Made by a program: the position numbers and the translations under genes
Shown: piece after piece, positions 9,513-18,324 of the stretch
How positions within the stretch are numbered: the first letter of the stretch is position 1
Layout of the letters: every line of letters starts with the position of its first letter
Source of the DNA: Pyrinomonadales bacterium
Lineage (GTDB): Bacteria; Acidobacteriota; Blastocatellia; Pyrinomonadales; Pyrinomonadaceae
Direction: 5' to 3'
Length of the DNA stretch: 64,000 nt
NCBI GenBank assembly: GCA_038257355.1
Contig: JBBSJK010000004.1
Coordinates: 8,637-72,636, forward strand
Notes under the pieces: generated by a model
Seen by the model: the letters and a program-made list of their open reading frames with translations, nothing else
Told to the model about the DNA's origin: nothing
Databases searched by the model: none

Positions 9513-11009
9513 ATGAATTTTCCGAGAGCAAGCGGTTTACTTTTACATCCAACATCTCTGTCAGGACGGTTTGGAGTCGGCGATTTTGGCGAAGAGGCAT
9601 TTAAGTTTATCGATTTTCTTGTGGACTCGGGACAAACTTACTGGCAAATCCTGCCGCTCAGTCCGACGGGACAAGGCAATTCCCCGTATTCGTCTTACTC
9701 CGCGTTTGCAGGAAATACCTTGCTGATATCGCCAGATAAGCTTTTTAATGAAGGTTTGATCGAGAAAGAATTTTTAAACGACTGTCACGGATTTGCAGAT
9801 AACAGTGTCAATTTTGGCAGAGTTATTGATTGGAAGAGCGGAATGCTCGCCCGGGCATTTGAAATTTTTCGCGCATTGCCCGCCGCACCGTTGGTGAGCG
9901 AATTTGAATATTTTTGCACGGCCAACGCCTGGTGGCTTGACGATTACGCCATATTTCGTGCAGTAAAAACGTCTAATGGCCAACAAGCTTGGTACAACTG
10001 GGCAGAGCCATTAAAATCTCGAGACACATCGGCAATCGAAACCGTAAAATCGCAACTGACTCGCGAAATTCAGGCTGAGAAATTTTACCAGTATCTCTTT
10101 TTCAAACAATGGCTGGCGGTCAGAAAATACGCGAACGGTAAAGGCGTAAAGATAATCGGCGACATACCCATATTTGTCGCGCTCGACTCAGCGGATGTTT
10201 GGTGTAACCAGAGCAAATTTAAGCTCGAATCGAATGGCTCCCCAACGGTCGCCGCAGGTGTTCCGCCGGATTATTTCTCTAAGACAGGCCAGCTTTGGGG
10301 CAATCCCATCTACGACTGGGAGGCTATGAGCGCGGACAATTTTGACTGGTGGACTGCCCGCGTTTCCTTTACGTTAATGACGGTCGATGTCATCCGGCTT
10401 GATCACTTTATAGGTTTTGCACGAAATTGGGAGATTCCGGGCGGGGATAAGACCGCCGAGAACGGCCGCTGGGTCGATGTGCCCGGCGAAAAACTATTCT
10501 CCGTGCTAAAGCAGCGTCTCGGTGAGCTGCCGGTCATCGCCGAGGATCTCGGGTCGATGACACCCGCGGTCGAGCTTTTGCGAGACACCAACGGATTTCC
10601 CGGAATGCGGATTTTGCAGTACGCCTTTGGCGGCGACGCAAATAACCAGGAGCTGCCGCATAATTTTATCAAAAACTCGGTAGCATATACCGGCACTCAC
10701 GACAACAACACAACTGTCGGCTGGTATAGATCAGCCGCAAAAAACGCCCGTTCTCATTGCCGCGAATATCTAAAATCAAATGGCCGCGAAATACATTGGG
10801 ACATGATACGTTCTCAGCAAGCTTCGGTTGCGGACACCGCAATTATGCCTGTACAAGACATCCTGGGCCTCGGCAGCGTCGCTCGTATGAACACACCCGC
10901 GACCTCAACTGGCAACTGGGAATGGCGGCTTTCGAGTGGGGCACTCACTGTCGAGATTGCCTCCCGGCTGAGGCGAATGACCGATATTTATGGCCGGACA
11001 AATCAGTAA
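9513..11009 (+). CDS. malQ: 4-alpha-glucanotransferase (amylomaltase)
   Basis: 'MNFPRASGLLLHPTSLSGRFGVGDFG', 'WGNPIYDW', 'DHFIGF' and 'YTGTHDNNT' motifs. The ATG at 9513 is preferred over the upstream ORF start at 9474. Confidence 0.9.
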   Translation: MNFPRASGLLLHPTSLSGRFGVGDFGEEAFKFIDFLVDSGQTYWQILPLSPTGQGNSPYSSYSAFAGNTLLISPDKLFNEGLIEKEFLNDCHGFADNSVNFGRVIDWKSGMLARAFEIFRALPAAPLVSEFEYFCTANAWWLDDYAIFRAVKTSNGQQAWYNWAEPLKSRDTSAIETVKSQLTREIQAEKFYQYLFFKQWLAVRKYANGKGVKIIGDIPIFVALDSADVWCNQSKFKLESNGSPTVAAGVPPDYFSKTGQLWGNPIYDWEAMSADNFDWWTARVSFTLMTVDVIRLDHFIGFARNWEIPGGDKTAENGRWVDVPGEKLFSVLKQRLGELPVIAEDLGSMTPAVELLRDTNGFPGMRILQYAFGGDANNQELPHNFIKNSVAYTGTHDNNTTVGWYRSAAKNARSHCREYLKSNGREIHWDMIRSQQASVADTAIMPVQDILGLGSVARMNTPATSTGNWEWRLSSGALTVEIASRLRRMTDIYGRTNQ

Positions 11010-11185
11010 ATTTTCACAATGTGAAAAGAAACGCACCGTCGCCGTTATTGTTTGCAGCAGCGGCAGAAATTAAATGCTGCCCAGCCGAGTCGTGACTAAC
11101 ATCTGCAATTACTTGACTTACCAGCCGATTTCGCGTAAAACTTTAGCAGTTTCAGCAAACAAATAGTAAGGTAAATTGTCGGGGT

Positions 11186-11986
11186 ATGGCATCTAATCTG
11201 GTTTCGATTCAACGGCGGGGTTTTGGTCAGACGATGCGGAAAGACGCCTGGTGGGTCGCTCCGCTGCTCACATTTATCGTTCTCGGGGCATTTGTTGTTT
11301 ATTCGACGTGGGCTGCGTTTCAGGGCGAGCATTACGCATTTGGCAATTATCTGTCACCATTCTACTCGCCTGAGATTTTTGGCACTACGTCGCACGCCCT
11401 ATTCGGCCCGCCGCCCGCGTGGCTGCCTTCGTGGCTGCCGTTTTCGCCCGCTTTCCTGATTCTGTGGGCTCCGGGCGGATTTCGGTTTACGTGCTACTAC
11501 TATCGCGGCGCCTACTACAAAGCAATGTGGGCCGACCCGATCGCCTGCGCCGTCGGCGAACCCCGCAAAGGCTATCGCGGCGAAAACTGGTTCCCGCTTA
11601 TTCTGCAAAATATCCATCGCTATTTTCTATATATCGCGATCTTATTTCTTTTCTTCCTGGCATATGACGCTTGGAATGCGATGTGGTTTCTCGGTCCCGA
11701 CGGCAAACAGCATTTCGGTATTGGTGTTGGAACGCTTGTGCTGACCGCAAACGTCGTCTGCCTCGGACTCTACACATTTAGCTGCCATTCTCTACGGCAT
11801 CTCGTCGGCGGAGCGTGGGATGTCTTGTCAAACAAACCGATCCGCAAAAAGGCGTACGGCTGTGTCAGCGGCTTGAATAAACGGCATATGCTATTTGCTT
11901 GGATCAGTTTGTTTGTAGTCGGCTTTTCGGATATCTACGTGCGAATGTGCTCGATGGGCGTGATTATAGATTATCGCTTTTTCTGA
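11186..11986 (+). CDS. Succinate dehydrogenase membrane anchor (single large polytopic subunit, mycobacterial Sdh1/Rv0249c-like)
   Basis: 266-aa polytopic membrane protein immediately upstream of sdhA/sdhB. 'WWVAPLLTF...YLSPFYSP' resembles anchors of actinobacterial Sdh1-type operons, from memory. Confidence 0.7.
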   Translation: MASNLVSIQRRGFGQTMRKDAWWVAPLLTFIVLGAFVVYSTWAAFQGEHYAFGNYLSPFYSPEIFGTTSHALFGPPPAWLPSWLPFSPAFLILWAPGGFRFTCYYYRGAYYKAMWADPIACAVGEPRKGYRGENWFPLILQNIHRYFLYIAILFLFFLAYDAWNAMWFLGPDGKQHFGIGVGTLVLTANVVCLGLYTFSCHSLRHLVGGAWDVLSNKPIRKKAYGCVSGLNKRHMLFAWISLFVVGFSDIYVRMCSMGVIIDYRFF

Positions 11987-12330
11987 TGAATACTGCTGCT
12001 CGACATATTCGGCTCCAGGGATTCACGCGGGTCGGTCGGCACGAAATGATCGCTCGACTGAGAGACGCATTCCAGGATGGCCATGCGGACTTGATCGACT
12101 TTCAGATGTTTTCGAACGCCGCGATCAATTTTAGTTTTGAAATCGCCGGCTATCACCTGGCCGAACTTGGAAAAGCTCTGGCGGCTACGCAGATTAGTTT
12201 AAATAAGGAAAGCGTAGCGTCAATGACGAAAAACGGAGAATCAGATGAGATCGTCAACGGAAGTTTGAACGTAACCTTTATACACAGTGACCCGGATCTG
12301 CGAATCCCAGTTCCGCCGATACCTGGATGA
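11986..12330 (+). CDS. Small soluble hypothetical protein embedded in the sdh operon (ACT/ferredoxin-like pattern guessed)
   Basis: The ATG shares 1 nt with the anchor stop (TGATG). The ORF ends 7 nt before the sdhA ATG. It encodes 114 aa with no TM segment and an alternating beta-alpha-beta-like hydrophobicity pattern. Confidence 0.5.
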   Translation: MNTAARHIRLQGFTRVGRHEMIARLRDAFQDGHADLIDFQMFSNAAINFSFEIAGYHLAELGKALAATQISLNKESVASMTKNGESDEIVNGSLNVTFIHSDPDLRIPVPPIPG

Positions 12331-12337
12331 TTTATTG

Positions 12338-14149
12338 ATGGCTGAATACCCAACATTTGAACACGACGTTCTCGTTATCGGTGCCGGTGGTGCCGGGCTT
12401 CGCGCGGCTATTGAGGCATCAGGAGCCGGCGTCTCTGTCGGACTGATCTGCAAATCTTTGCTCGGCAAGGCACATACCGTCATGGCTGAGGGCGGGATGG
12501 CGGCGGCGATGGGCCACAACGACGATCGCGACAACTGGAAGGTCCATTTTTCCGATACCATGCGCGGCGGCCAGTACGTTAATAACTGGCGAATGGCGGA
12601 ACTGCATGCCAAAGAGGCTCCGGATCGCGTTCGCGAACTCGAGGGCTGGGGAGCGGTGTTCGACCGAACGGCGGATGGCCGCATCAATCAGCGCAACTTC
12701 GGCGGCCATCGCTATCCGCGGCTCGCTCACGTCGGCGACCGCACCGGATTGGAGCTCATCCGCACGCTCCAGGACCACGGTATCCATCAGGGCATTGAGG
12801 TTTACATGGAGGTCACCGTGCTTTCTCTATTGAAAGACGGAGACCGCGTGGTCGGTTGTCTGGCGTACGAGCGTGAACATGGGCGTTTTCGTGTATTCAA
12901 ATGCAAAGCTCTTATTCTCGCGACTGGCGGTATCGGTCGAGCTTACAAGATTACATCCAATAGTTGGGAAGGCACGGGCGATGGCCACGCTCTCGCCTAC
13001 GACGCCGGAGCCGAGCTGATCGATATGGAATTTATCCAGTTCCATCCGACCGGCATGGTCTGGCCGCCGAGCGTTCGCGGGATCTTGGTGACCGAGGGCG
13101 TTCGCGGCGAGGGCGGCATCTTGCGTAACAGCGAGGGCAAACGCTTTATGTTTGACGACATCCCGGCCAACTACAAAGATCAAACTGCCGACAACGAAGA
13201 AGAGGGCTGGCGATACGTCACCGGCGATAAAAATGCTCGTCGCCCGCCAGAACTTCTAACACGCGATCACGTCGCTCGCTGCATTATGCGCGAGGTCAAG
13301 GCCGGACGCGGTTCACCGCATGGCGGAGTTTATCTCGACATCGCCTGGATCACAGAAAAAATCAAAGACGCACCGGAGCACATCAAGAAAAAGCTGCCGT
13401 CGATGTATCACCAGTTCAAGCAGCTCGCAAACCTCGACATCACGACAACTCCGATGGAGGTCGGGCCGACAACACATTATGTGATGGGCGGAATTCGCGT
13501 GGATGCTGATACGCAGGCTTCGACAGTTCCCGGTTTATTTGCCGCCGGTGAGTGTGCGGCGGGGATCAACGGTGCAAATCGGCTCGGCGGCAACTCACTC
13601 TCCGATCTGATTGTCTTTGGCAAACGGGCAGGTGAGTACGCGGCTCAATTCGCAAAAGAAAACGATCACGGCACGATCAACGATGATGCCGTTGCTACGA
13701 CCGCAAAATCAGCCCTCGAACCTTTCGACCGGGAAGGCGGCGAGAATCCATACACTATCCAGCACGACCTACAGGAATTAATGCAGGCAAATGTCGGCAT
13801 TGTCCGCACGCAGGACGAGATGATCGAGGCACTGAACGGACTCGATGTACTAAGAAACAGGTCGGCCCGCACTTTCGTCCCCGGCAACATAGATTTTAAC
13901 CCCGGATGGCACACGGCGCTCGATCTGCACAATTTGCTTGTAGTCTCAGAGGCCATCGCCCGAGCTGCCATAGAACGCAAAGAAAGCCGCGGCGGACACT
14001 TTCGGGAGGATTTCCCGGATAAAGACCCCGAGTTTGCAAAGTTCAATTACTCGCTCAAAAAAGGCGGCGGCGGTGGAATGGAAATATCCAGGTTGCCGAT
14101 TCCCGATATGCCCGATTATTTAAAGGACGTTATTGCGGAAATGGGATAA
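12338..14149 (+). CDS. sdhA: Succinate dehydrogenase/fumarate reductase flavoprotein subunit
   Basis: 'DVLVIGAGGAGLRAA' FAD fold, plus 'HPTG', 'GECAAGINGANRLGGNSL' and 'ESRGGHFRED'. Confidence 0.93.
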   Translation: MAEYPTFEHDVLVIGAGGAGLRAAIEASGAGVSVGLICKSLLGKAHTVMAEGGMAAAMGHNDDRDNWKVHFSDTMRGGQYVNNWRMAELHAKEAPDRVRELEGWGAVFDRTADGRINQRNFGGHRYPRLAHVGDRTGLELIRTLQDHGIHQGIEVYMEVTVLSLLKDGDRVVGCLAYEREHGRFRVFKCKALILATGGIGRAYKITSNSWEGTGDGHALAYDAGAELIDMEFIQFHPTGMVWPPSVRGILVTEGVRGEGGILRNSEGKRFMFDDIPANYKDQTADNEEEGWRYVTGDKNARRPPELLTRDHVARCIMREVKAGRGSPHGGVYLDIAWITEKIKDAPEHIKKKLPSMYHQFKQLANLDITTTPMEVGPTTHYVMGGIRVDADTQASTVPGLFAAGECAAGINGANRLGGNSLSDLIVFGKRAGEYAAQFAKENDHGTINDDAVATTAKSALEPFDREGGENPYTIQHDLQELMQANVGIVRTQDEMIEALNGLDVLRNRSARTFVPGNIDFNPGWHTALDLHNLLVVSEAIARAAIERKESRGGHFREDFPDKDPEFAKFNYSLKKGGGGGMEISRLPIPDMPDYLKDVIAEMG

Positions 14150-14183
14150 CGGATTGTCTCGATATTCGTGTCATAATTCACTT

Positions 14184-14411
14184 ATGAAGGTAATAAATAT
14201 CGACAAAGAAATTTTGGGAGGAACTCCAGTCTTTGATGGAACTCGGGTGCCGATACGCAACCTGTTCGATTATCTTGAGACAGGCGAAACGATAGACGAA
14301 TTTATGAATGACTTCCCATCAGTCCGACGCGAACAGATATTGAAACTGCTCAAGTTTTCTGAGCAAATCACCCTTCGATCGAGCGAGATTGTCCATGAGA
14401 ATTTTGCTTGA
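14184..14411 (+). CDS. DUF433 domain protein (putative antitoxin)
   Basis: 75 aa. 'ILGGTPVFDGTRVPIRNLFDYLETGETIDEFMNDFPSV' matches the DUF433 signature. It overlaps the next ORF by 17 nt. Confidence 0.8.
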   Translation: MKVINIDKEILGGTPVFDGTRVPIRNLFDYLETGETIDEFMNDFPSVRREQILKLLKFSEQITLRSSEIVHENFA

Positions 14412-14745
14412 CGAGTGCGTGACAAAGAAACTGAAGAGACACCTGGTTGAATTCGAGGTCAGAACTGTTGTCGAAATGGGCTGGAGCGGTTACCGGAATG
14501 GCAACTTATTAAATGCGGCGGTCGAAGAGCACTTTGACCTGCTCCTAACTATCGACAAGAACATGGTCTATCAACAGAATATGAACGAGTACGATATCGC
14601 CGTTGTGGTGTTCGACACCGGGCGGAGCAAGATCGACATACTCATAAAATTTCTCCCAGAATTCAAATCCCGAATGCACGAGTTTTCGAAAGGACGGATA
14701 TCGCTGGTTGAGACAACTGATATGGAATCAAATTTGGAGCATTAG
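14395..14745 (+). CDS. DUF5615/Mut7-C-like PIN-fold protein (putative toxin)
   Basis: 'MRILLDECV...' N-terminus and 'DLLLTIDKNM' are typical of DUF5615 partners of DUF433. An alternative ATG lies at 14389. Confidence 0.8.
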   Translation: MRILLDECVTKKLKRHLVEFEVRTVVEMGWSGYRNGNLLNAAVEEHFDLLLTIDKNMVYQQNMNEYDIAVVVFDTGRSKIDILIKFLPEFKSRMHEFSKGRISLVETTDMESNLEH

Positions 14746-14757
14746 GAACTGTGAGCA

Positions 14758-15501
14758 ATGGCACAAGCAACATTTAGCATAAGGCGCGGCGGGCGGGAGA
14801 CAGCGGAGATGGTCGACTATCGGACTGAGGTGACCGAGGGGATGGTCGTGCTCGACGCGGTTCATCAGATACAGGCCGAGTCGGCGGGCGATTTGGCTTG
14901 CCGATGGAACTGCAAGGCCGGTAAATGCGGCTCGTGTTCGGCCGAGATCAATGGCAAACCGCAGCTGATGTGTATGACTCGGCTCGATACGATCCCGCTC
15001 GATCAGCCGGTTACGATCGAGCCGATGCGGGCATTTCCGCCGGTCAAGGATCTAATTACAGACGTTTCTTGGAATTACGAAGTAAAAAAACGCATCAAGA
15101 AATTCAAGCCGCGAGCACCCGACGCCGAGGACGGCACCTGGCGGATGCAGCAAGAGGACATCGACCGCGTACAGGAATTTCGAAAGTGTATCGAATGTTT
15201 TCTGTGTCAGGATGTCTGCCACGTGCTTCGCGACCATGAGAAGCACGCCGAGTTTATCGGCCCGCGATTCCTGGTTTATGCTGCGGCCCTCGAGATGCAC
15301 CCGCTGGACACCGAGGATCGCACCGCTGAGCTAAAAGACCTGCACGGCATCGGATACTGCAATATTACAAAATGTTGTACAAAAGTTTGCCCAGAGGGGA
15401 TTACGATTACGGATAATGCTATTATTCCGCTCAAGGAACGTGTCGTTGACCAGCATTACGATCCGATCGGAAAACTGGTAAAATTGTTTCGGAAAAAGTG
15501 A
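14758..15501 (+). CDS. sdhB: Succinate dehydrogenase/fumarate reductase iron-sulfur subunit
   Basis: Cys clusters 'CRWNCKAGKCGSCSAEING', 'CIECFLCQDVC' and 'CNITKCCTKVCPEG'. Confidence 0.93.
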   Translation: MAQATFSIRRGGRETAEMVDYRTEVTEGMVVLDAVHQIQAESAGDLACRWNCKAGKCGSCSAEINGKPQLMCMTRLDTIPLDQPVTIEPMRAFPPVKDLITDVSWNYEVKKRIKKFKPRAPDAEDGTWRMQQEDIDRVQEFRKCIECFLCQDVCHVLRDHEKHAEFIGPRFLVYAAALEMHPLDTEDRTAELKDLHGIGYCNITKCCTKVCPEGITITDNAIIPLKERVVDQHYDPIGKLVKLFRKK

Positions 15502-15508
15502 TTCAAGA

Positions 15509-15526
15509 GCGGGCATCTATGCCCGC
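15509..15526 (+). terminator. GC-rich hairpin after sdhB
   Basis: 'gcgggcat ct atgcccgc' is a perfect inverted repeat 8 nt after the stop. No T-run follows. Confidence 0.4.
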
Positions 15527-15571
15527 GTGTGGAAAGATTAGCAGGATTGAAGCCTACGCTCTGGCAAAAAG

Positions 15572-16051
15572 ATGTTCGAGCTAAAATCATTATCTGTCGA
15601 AGCTGTACCGGCCGCTCTTGAAAAGGCCAACCGATATCGTCTGCTCAACGAACCGGGTGCGGCGGAGAGCATCTATCTCGACATCCTGGCCATCGAGCCG
15701 GACAATCAGGAAGCTCTCAGGAATATTGTGCTTGCTATGAGCGACCGTTTTTGCAAGGACTACGCGATCGGCGATGCTCGCATTACTGAGTACGTGACCC
15801 GCATCAAAAGCGATTACGAGCGAACATACTACACCGGCATTATGTACGAGCGACGTGCCAAGGCCGAACTGGCAAAAGGCGGCGTCGGTGCGTACGAGCT
15901 ATTTCGGCAGGCGATGGGCTGTTTTGAAACCGCCGAAGCGATGCGGCCCGCCGGGAAAGATGATGCGATTTTGCGTTGGAACGGCTGCGTTCGGATCATC
16001 AAACGCAACAATCTCGGCCCGCGCGATGCTCCATCTGATTTTCTTGAGTAG
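15572..16051 (+). CDS. Hypothetical protein (helical/TPR-like)
   Basis: 159-aa ORF with plausible composition. I recognise no diagnostic motif. Confidence 0.55.
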   Translation: MFELKSLSVEAVPAALEKANRYRLLNEPGAAESIYLDILAIEPDNQEALRNIVLAMSDRFCKDYAIGDARITEYVTRIKSDYERTYYTGIMYERRAKAELAKGGVGAYELFRQAMGCFETAEAMRPAGKDDAILRWNGCVRIIKRNNLGPRDAPSDFLE

Positions 16052-16142
16052 TAAGTTGCAATCACCTAAAATTTAATTATTTATCGTTAGTTAGCAGTTA
16101 TTTAGAGTCGCATTAATACAAAATATTTGGAGTATATAAACT

Positions 16143-16472
16143 ATGGCGGGAAAATTTGAATTAAAAGTCGCAAAAAACGGAAAATATCATTTTAATCTCT
16201 TGGCAGGAAACGGACAGATTATCTTGTCCAGTGAAATGTACGAGTCGAAATCGGCTGCTGAAAGCGGCATTGCCTCGGTTCAGAAAAACGCTGCGGACGA
16301 CAGTCGCTATTCGCGGAATACATCCGCAAAAGGCGACCCCTATTTTACGTTAAAGGCTGGAAATAATCAGGTTATTGGCCAAAGTGAAATGTACTCATCA
16401 GCCTCATCGATGGAAAACGGCATCGAATCCGTTAAAAAGAACGCTCCGGACGCGGCGACCGTCGAAGTTTAG
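16143..16472 (+). CDS. YegP-family protein (two DUF1508 repeats)
   Basis: Duplicated 'G(N)GQ(I/V)I..SEMY.S..(A/S)...GI.SV.KNA' modules. Confidence 0.85.
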   Translation: MAGKFELKVAKNGKYHFNLLAGNGQIILSSEMYESKSAAESGIASVQKNAADDSRYSRNTSAKGDPYFTLKAGNNQVIGQSEMYSSASSMENGIESVKKNAPDAATVEV

Positions 16473-16771
16473 CATTTTGATCAAACGCAAAGGCCGCTCC
16501 CGTTCCTAAAATGGATAGACGGCTTTTTGACTGATTACTGCAATTTAAAATATTGGAAATTCGGGCAGCAGGGCAACCGTCTGGTTCCTCTACGCCCGGA
16601 GTGCTTTGAGCCGTTGCCGCTCACTGCATCCCATAGCACACGACGCACTCTTCAACGTTGTATTGGGAAAGGTGACTCAACTTTCAGACGACCTCTTTTT
16701 TGTTGAGTTAAACGTGAAATAAATACATTTTCACCACCAACATTTATCAAGGCTGTCTTAATTCATCTCCT

Positions 16772-17947
16772 ATGTATAGAACCACCCTAGGTATCGAACG
16801 TCTCGTCACCGACAAACTAGGCCTGCTTCGCGGCCAGCGAGTCGGCCTCGTTTGCAATCAGGCTTCGGTCATGCCTGACACCTTTATCCACGTTGCCGAC
16901 GTCTTTGCCGAACAGACATCATTCGAACTCACGACTCTATTCGGCCCGCAACACGGTATTCGCGGCGACGTTCAGTACAACATGATAGAGACGCCGCACG
17001 TTCAGGATGAGCGTACGGGTAAGATGGTCTATTCGCTCTACAGCGAGACTAGAGTGCCGACCGAGGAGATGCTGCAAGACGTCGATGTCATCGTCGTCGA
17101 TCTGCAGGATGTCGGCTGCCGCATTTACACATTCATCTACACGATGGCGAACTGCATGATCGCCGCCGCAAAATACGGCAAAAAGGTTGTCGTCTGTGAT
17201 CGTCCGAATCCTATAAACGGCAACGCCGTCGAAGGCAACATTACTGAGCACGAGTTCAAATCGTTCGTTGGTCAATACGAACTGCCGACCCGTCATGGAA
17301 TGACGAGCGGCGAGTTGGCGAGAATGTTCAACGACCATTTCGGCATCGGCTGCGATCTCGAAATCGTCGAAATGGAAGGCTGGAGCCGAGAGATGTGGGG
17401 CGACGAAACTGGCCTGCCGTGGATTCTCCCCAGTCCGAACATCCCGACCGTCGATACCTGCATCGTATTTCCCGCAACCGTACATCTCGAAGGCACCGAA
17501 CTCAGCGAAGGCCGCGGCACTACGCTGCCATTCCATCTCAACGGCGCTCCTTTCATCGACCCGTACGCCTGGGCCGCTGAGTTAAATGCATTTAACTTTC
17601 CCGGTGTAAAATTCCGCCACGCATTTTTCCAACCGACGTTTTGCGAATTCGCCGGCCAGTCCTGCGGCGGCGTCCAGATACACGTCACCGACCGCGAAGC
17701 CTTCACCCCCGTCATAGTCGGCATTGCCATGGTCAAAACCGCATCCGAGATGTACCCCAAGGAATTCCAGTGGCGACAAAATGCCTACGAATACGTCTTC
17801 GACAAAAACCCGATGGACATCGTCTGCGGAACTGATAAGATTCGAAAACAGATCGAAGCGGGCGAGTCGTTGAACAATATTGAAGCCGCGTGGGCAGATG
17901 GGTTGAAGGATTTTGGAAGAAATCGAGAGAAGTTTATTCTTTATTGA
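16772..17947 (+). CDS. DUF1343 family protein (NamZ-like exo-beta-N-acetylmuramidase)
   Basis: 391 aa. 'RVGLVCNQASV', 'LFGPQHG' and 'VVDLQDVGCRIYTFI' are typical of the DUF1343/YzbB family. Confidence 0.85.
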   Translation: MYRTTLGIERLVTDKLGLLRGQRVGLVCNQASVMPDTFIHVADVFAEQTSFELTTLFGPQHGIRGDVQYNMIETPHVQDERTGKMVYSLYSETRVPTEEMLQDVDVIVVDLQDVGCRIYTFIYTMANCMIAAAKYGKKVVVCDRPNPINGNAVEGNITEHEFKSFVGQYELPTRHGMTSGELARMFNDHFGIGCDLEIVEMEGWSREMWGDETGLPWILPSPNIPTVDTCIVFPATVHLEGTELSEGRGTTLPFHLNGAPFIDPYAWAAELNAFNFPGVKFRHAFFQPTFCEFAGQSCGGVQIHVTDREAFTPVIVGIAMVKTASEMYPKEFQWRQNAYEYVFDKNPMDIVCGTDKIRKQIEAGESLNNIEAAWADGLKDFGRNREKFILY

Positions 17948-18299
17948 ACCTTTCGCTAGCCCAGTTGGGCCAAATCAAGCTCCCAACGATGAATGAACAC
18001 ATCAGCCACGCTGCGGCTAGATACATCAGCAACAAGATACTCCCACAAATGAGTTCCTGGGTTCCGAGGATGGATCCTACAGGATTGGAGTGCGCTCCGA
18101 TGAACAAAGTAATTCCTGCAAGAAATCCAATTCCAAAGGTTAGAAATCCATAGACATCAAAGCCAGAATAAATTTGGACAAAATATTGATTGGTTTGGCT
18201 CCCCGAACATAAACAAAATACGAACTCGCGATCAACGAAAACAGGAAGCCAAGCGCCATCAAGAACCAGATTAAAACAAGCAAGACATCCATATTTCAT
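17934..18299 (-). CDS. Possible small membrane protein downstream of the HerA-like ATPase
   Basis: An internal Met (18299) of a longer ORF gives a 121-aa product with about 3 hydrophobic helices, 25 nt after the DUF853 stop. Its 3' end overlaps namZ convergently by 14 nt. No homology recognised. Confidence 0.35.
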   Translation of the reverse strand: MKYGCLACFNLVLDGAWLPVFVDREFVFCLCSGSQTNQYFVQIYSGFDVYGFLTFGIGFLAGITLFIGAHSNPVGSILGTQELICGSILLLMYLAAAWLMCSFIVGSLIWPNWASERFNKE

Positions 18300-18324
18300 C
18301 CACCGCTTACGGCCGCTCAGAGTA

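Noticed and set aside
16937-17536. 199-aa and 155-aa minus-strand ORFs inside the DUF1343 gene
   Set aside because: They are antisense to a CDS with clear family motifs and have Arg/Ala-rich shadow-ORF composition.
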